Below are positions 60,900-64,000 of a stretch of 64,000 nt of DNA, piece by piece. The position numbers and the translations under genes are program-made. Under the pieces are notes generated by a model. That model had not been told where the DNA came from. It searched no databases and worked only from the letters and a program-made list of their open reading frames with translations. Origin of the DNA: Vitrella brassicaformis CCMP3155. Its lineage: Eukaryota > Protista > Chromerida. The DNA is taken from positions 417,636 to 481,635 of the forward strand of contig CDMY01000336.1 in assembly GCA_001179505.1 (NCBI GenBank). The letters are read 5' to 3'. How positions within the stretch are numbered: position 1 is the first letter of the stretch; every line of letters starts with the position of its first letter.

Positions 60900-63800
60900 A
60901 CAGCATGTGACACACGCACACAGAAGCACACAGAGAAAGAGGGCAGGCGCATCGCATGTGTGGCCGTCTTTGTGCGGTGCTATTTGGCTTCAGCCACTTA
61001 CAGCGATAGTCGATTTGGTTTTCTTGGCCTCGGCCACCATGTCGGCCACCAGCTTCTGTGCGATGTGTAGGCGGGCCTTGTTGGTGTGATACCCGACCAC
61101 CTGCACCACACACATCCACTCGCACACACAGCCATCCAGCCGCCCTGTGTGTGTGTGTGTGTGCTCACGGCTGTGTAGAGACGGTCTCCTACCCTACGGT
61201 CTCCGGTGAGGGCTGGGCTTTATCTGGGCTTCGTATGGCGCGCGCCAATCGTCGAACTGCTTCTTGAGGGTGGGGTCCAGTGACTCGATCTTCTCCATAC
61301 GGCAACAGAGGTCCTGGTCCAGCTTGATGACCTACCACACACACACAGCATGGTGCCGTCAGCGTGTGTGGCGGTGACTCTCTCAATCGCTCACCGTGTT
61401 GCATAGTTCGGCGTACTTGTTGAGTGCCCGCATGGCGGCGGCGGCGGAGTTCTCGGACTCTGTCAGACACAATACATCCACACACACATGACCTCACTTA
61501 ACACGACCGCCGTCCCCCACCAGTCGAGTTCTTGGCCGTTTCTGCACACACAAACACAGATGGCAGGCAACACATACATATCCCCCTGTGTGTGTAGGTT
61601 GAGATGAAGTAAGGTGCTTTGACTCACCGATGAGCGTCTTGCAGGCCTTTTCCATGTCGCGGCACTCGAAGGGGCAGGTGTCGAACACGACTGCCTCGGC
61701 CTCGTTCATCTGCTCGCTCATCTCCTCCAACATATCCAGCGTCGAACAGGCCGTCATGACAGCTAGATCGAGCTCTGAGACCATACAACGTACACACACA
61801 CGCACACACACAGACGTGCGCAAGCGTGTATGTTTCCTTGATGCATTTATCCACCCACCCACCCATCACTTCCGCAGGGGTCATGCTCTGCACGAACGTG
61901 GCCTGAACACAGCGCACCACACACCACATTACACACAGTCATTGATGGATGGATGGATGGATAGATGGCCATTGTGGGCATTCTCTCTCTGATCTCTGAC
62001 CTGTGCCGATCCCCTCTTGGCGATCACCTCCTTCCCCTGCCGGATGAGGCTGGCCTGGCGGTGCACCCATTCCACCATTTGCTTCAGTTGGCGGTCCATG
62101 TGTGGCAGTATCCCCTGCACCTGCTCGATGGCGTCACGTCTCGGCTCCTCGTCATCATCGTCGTCTTCATCGTCTTTGTCTTGTCCGCTGCCTGTCTTCT
62201 TCATCGCCTTCGAACTAGTTGTCGTCCTCGTCTTTGTCTTGGTCCCTGTTGATACCCACGCACAGACACACACATGATGGATGGCTGTAAACGAGAGCCT
62301 CGTTGCCTGCGACGCATACTCGGGGTGTGAGGGCGATGGTTTCTTGGTGCGCTGCAGCAGCTCGTTGTTCCTGCAATGACACACACAAGAGGGATGTGTT
62401 GTGTCGGGATGTGTTGTCGGGAACGCACTCGAGTTTGTCTCCCTGCAGCACGTCGGTCATGTTGAACACGGCCAGCTGCGACGTCTTGTCATTGCGCTCC
62501 AGCCTGCAAAGCGCAGCGTTGTGGTGTGTGTCTGTTGGCTTCTTCCGTCTCACTCCTTGATCGTGGCTTCGTATTGAGCCGTCTTGGCTTGGTGTTGAAT
62601 GCCCAATCTATCAGACCAAAAGACGCGGTGTCCATGTGTGCCCCATTCCTCTCTCTCTGCATCTTCCTGTTTCACCGGTCGTACGCCGCCTGGATGGGCC
62701 TCACGATCTTCTTGAGCCTGGCAGCTACAGAGAGCCAAACGAGACATGCATACGTTCGTGGCAGCCAGTGTGCTCGCCCGTCCGTCTTACGTGTCTAGCT
62801 CGTTGCGAGCGATGTCACGCTGTTCCTTGACCTGAACCACATAGCCGCGCAGCTGCTCCACATTTCCGCGCGTCCGCAAGTATTTCTCTATCAGTGACTC
62901 CATAGCCCCGCCTTGTCGGCTGTCACATACACCGGATGCCCTCAATACACACACGCTGGCGCACAATGGTTGCTTACCTTGATGAGTCTGTCCGCTGACA
63001 TGGATGTGCCCACCTCGTTTGATATCTCCCGACACATGACGTCAGACGCCTGCCCCTTGTCGTCTTGCACCTACAAAGGAGCGGTGCAGGTAATTCATGG
63101 CACTGACCTCGTAGACCCGTGCGAGACGGGAATCGGCTGAGCCGCGCTTGGAGACGGCATCGTAGACCTCGTACGTGTACTCGGGTGGCGCCACCGGCCT
63201 GATGGATGGAATAAAGAAGCCACATGCAGTCAGTCGTGGCACACTCAGGCGGCTGCTGTGCGGGCTGACTGCTGCTGCATCTTGTTGAACCGTTTGATGA
63301 CAACTGGTAGCCCTGTGTCCTTCCTCTTGCCCCGCCAGAGGTTCCCATAGCTGCACACACATACACACACACGGCCGTATGTGCGGTTTCTGTCAGTGTG
63401 TGTGGCTGAGCGCGCCTGTCACTAACGTGTTGCGTACCTCCCGCTGGCCATCGGCAGTGGTTCTACGGAAAAAGGCTGTGATGTAGGTGTCATGCAGGGC
63501 CCACCAAACCTCCACCTGACGCCAGCATGTGCGCCGCTGGTTATCAAAAATTCCTGACTCCACGCTCCGCCGACCCACCTGTCGTCAGGAATCCGCCCCC
63601 GTCTGCGTCTGAAATTCAGAAGTCCGTTGTTCGCTCGACAGCTCTGTGTCGCGTGCATTTCATGCTCACTCACCGTGTCTGTCGGGGTGACGTCGATGGG
63701 CTACTCTGCTCACTGTCAGCCCTGAGCGCCCTTCGAGCCCTCTGAGAAAAGGCATACAAAGGAGACATCCATCCATCCATCCACAACGTGTGTAGTCTGC

Positions 63801-64000
63801 TGTGTTGCATTCAGTAGAAATGCAGCATCTCGGTGTTTGTGAGGGTCTCGGAGCTGCTCGACTGGTCCTGGGTGCATTGCTCGGTGGCTCATGTGGGTGG
63901 CGATGGGCTGCGCGTGGCTCCAGGCTGACGTGGCGCACTGCATGCATTCACACATCAAGACAGCCACAGGCCCATTCACTCGTGTCAACACGTGTGTGGC
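60900..64000 (-). repeat. Second copy of the 37.8-40.9 kb block, including truncated kinase N-lobe at about 62970-63350
   Basis: Matching ORFs in the track (e.g. 39527..39721 and 62636..62830; 40582..40863 and 63666..63947). The kinase fragment PEYTYEVYDAVSKR is open here. Confidence 0.85.

Noticed and set aside
34590-64000. Autonomous transposon (Helitron, MULE, LTR, LINE) as the driver of the array
   Set aside because: No transposase, Rep/helicase, integrase or reverse transcriptase motifs, terminal inverted repeats or target-site duplications could be identified by eye. A non-autonomous element is not excluded.

Overview
Intron-rich eukaryotic genomic DNA with many short GT-AG introns full of (CA)n, (GACA)n, (GATG)n and (CAGG)n microsatellites. 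Intron style, plastid-type bipartite leaders and the hypothetical protein families point to a chromerid alveolate, most likely Vitrella brassicaformis (inference). Positions 1-34 kb hold mostly conventional, often head-to-head genes: a plastid ABC1K9-like kinase, a prolyl 4-hydroxylase, a SET-like/coiled-coil/RING protein, a PAM2/RGG protein, several hypotheticals, a triplicated gene with a degenerate AhpC/TSA-like domain and two alternative N-termini, a catalytically degenerate RlmD/TrmA-like protein, and an ADP-ribosylglycohydrolase ending in KDEL. Positions 34-64 kb are a minus-strand mosaic array: about 10 diverged coiled-coil exon cassettes and other repeated modules in shuffled order, interleaved with captured fragments of a Ser/Thr kinase and a Tgs1-like cap methyltransferase. 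Ten copies of a ~37-bp AT-rich core (gacaagagacggcagaatataaaatgtgggcagcgat) sit at many module junctions with swapped flanks. Eight N-gaps of about 300 nt lie inside duplicated sequence, so some copy number and order may be assembly artefact. No rRNA, tRNA, CRISPR array, transposase or reverse transcriptase was recognised. All exon structures were assembled by eye and boundaries are approximate.
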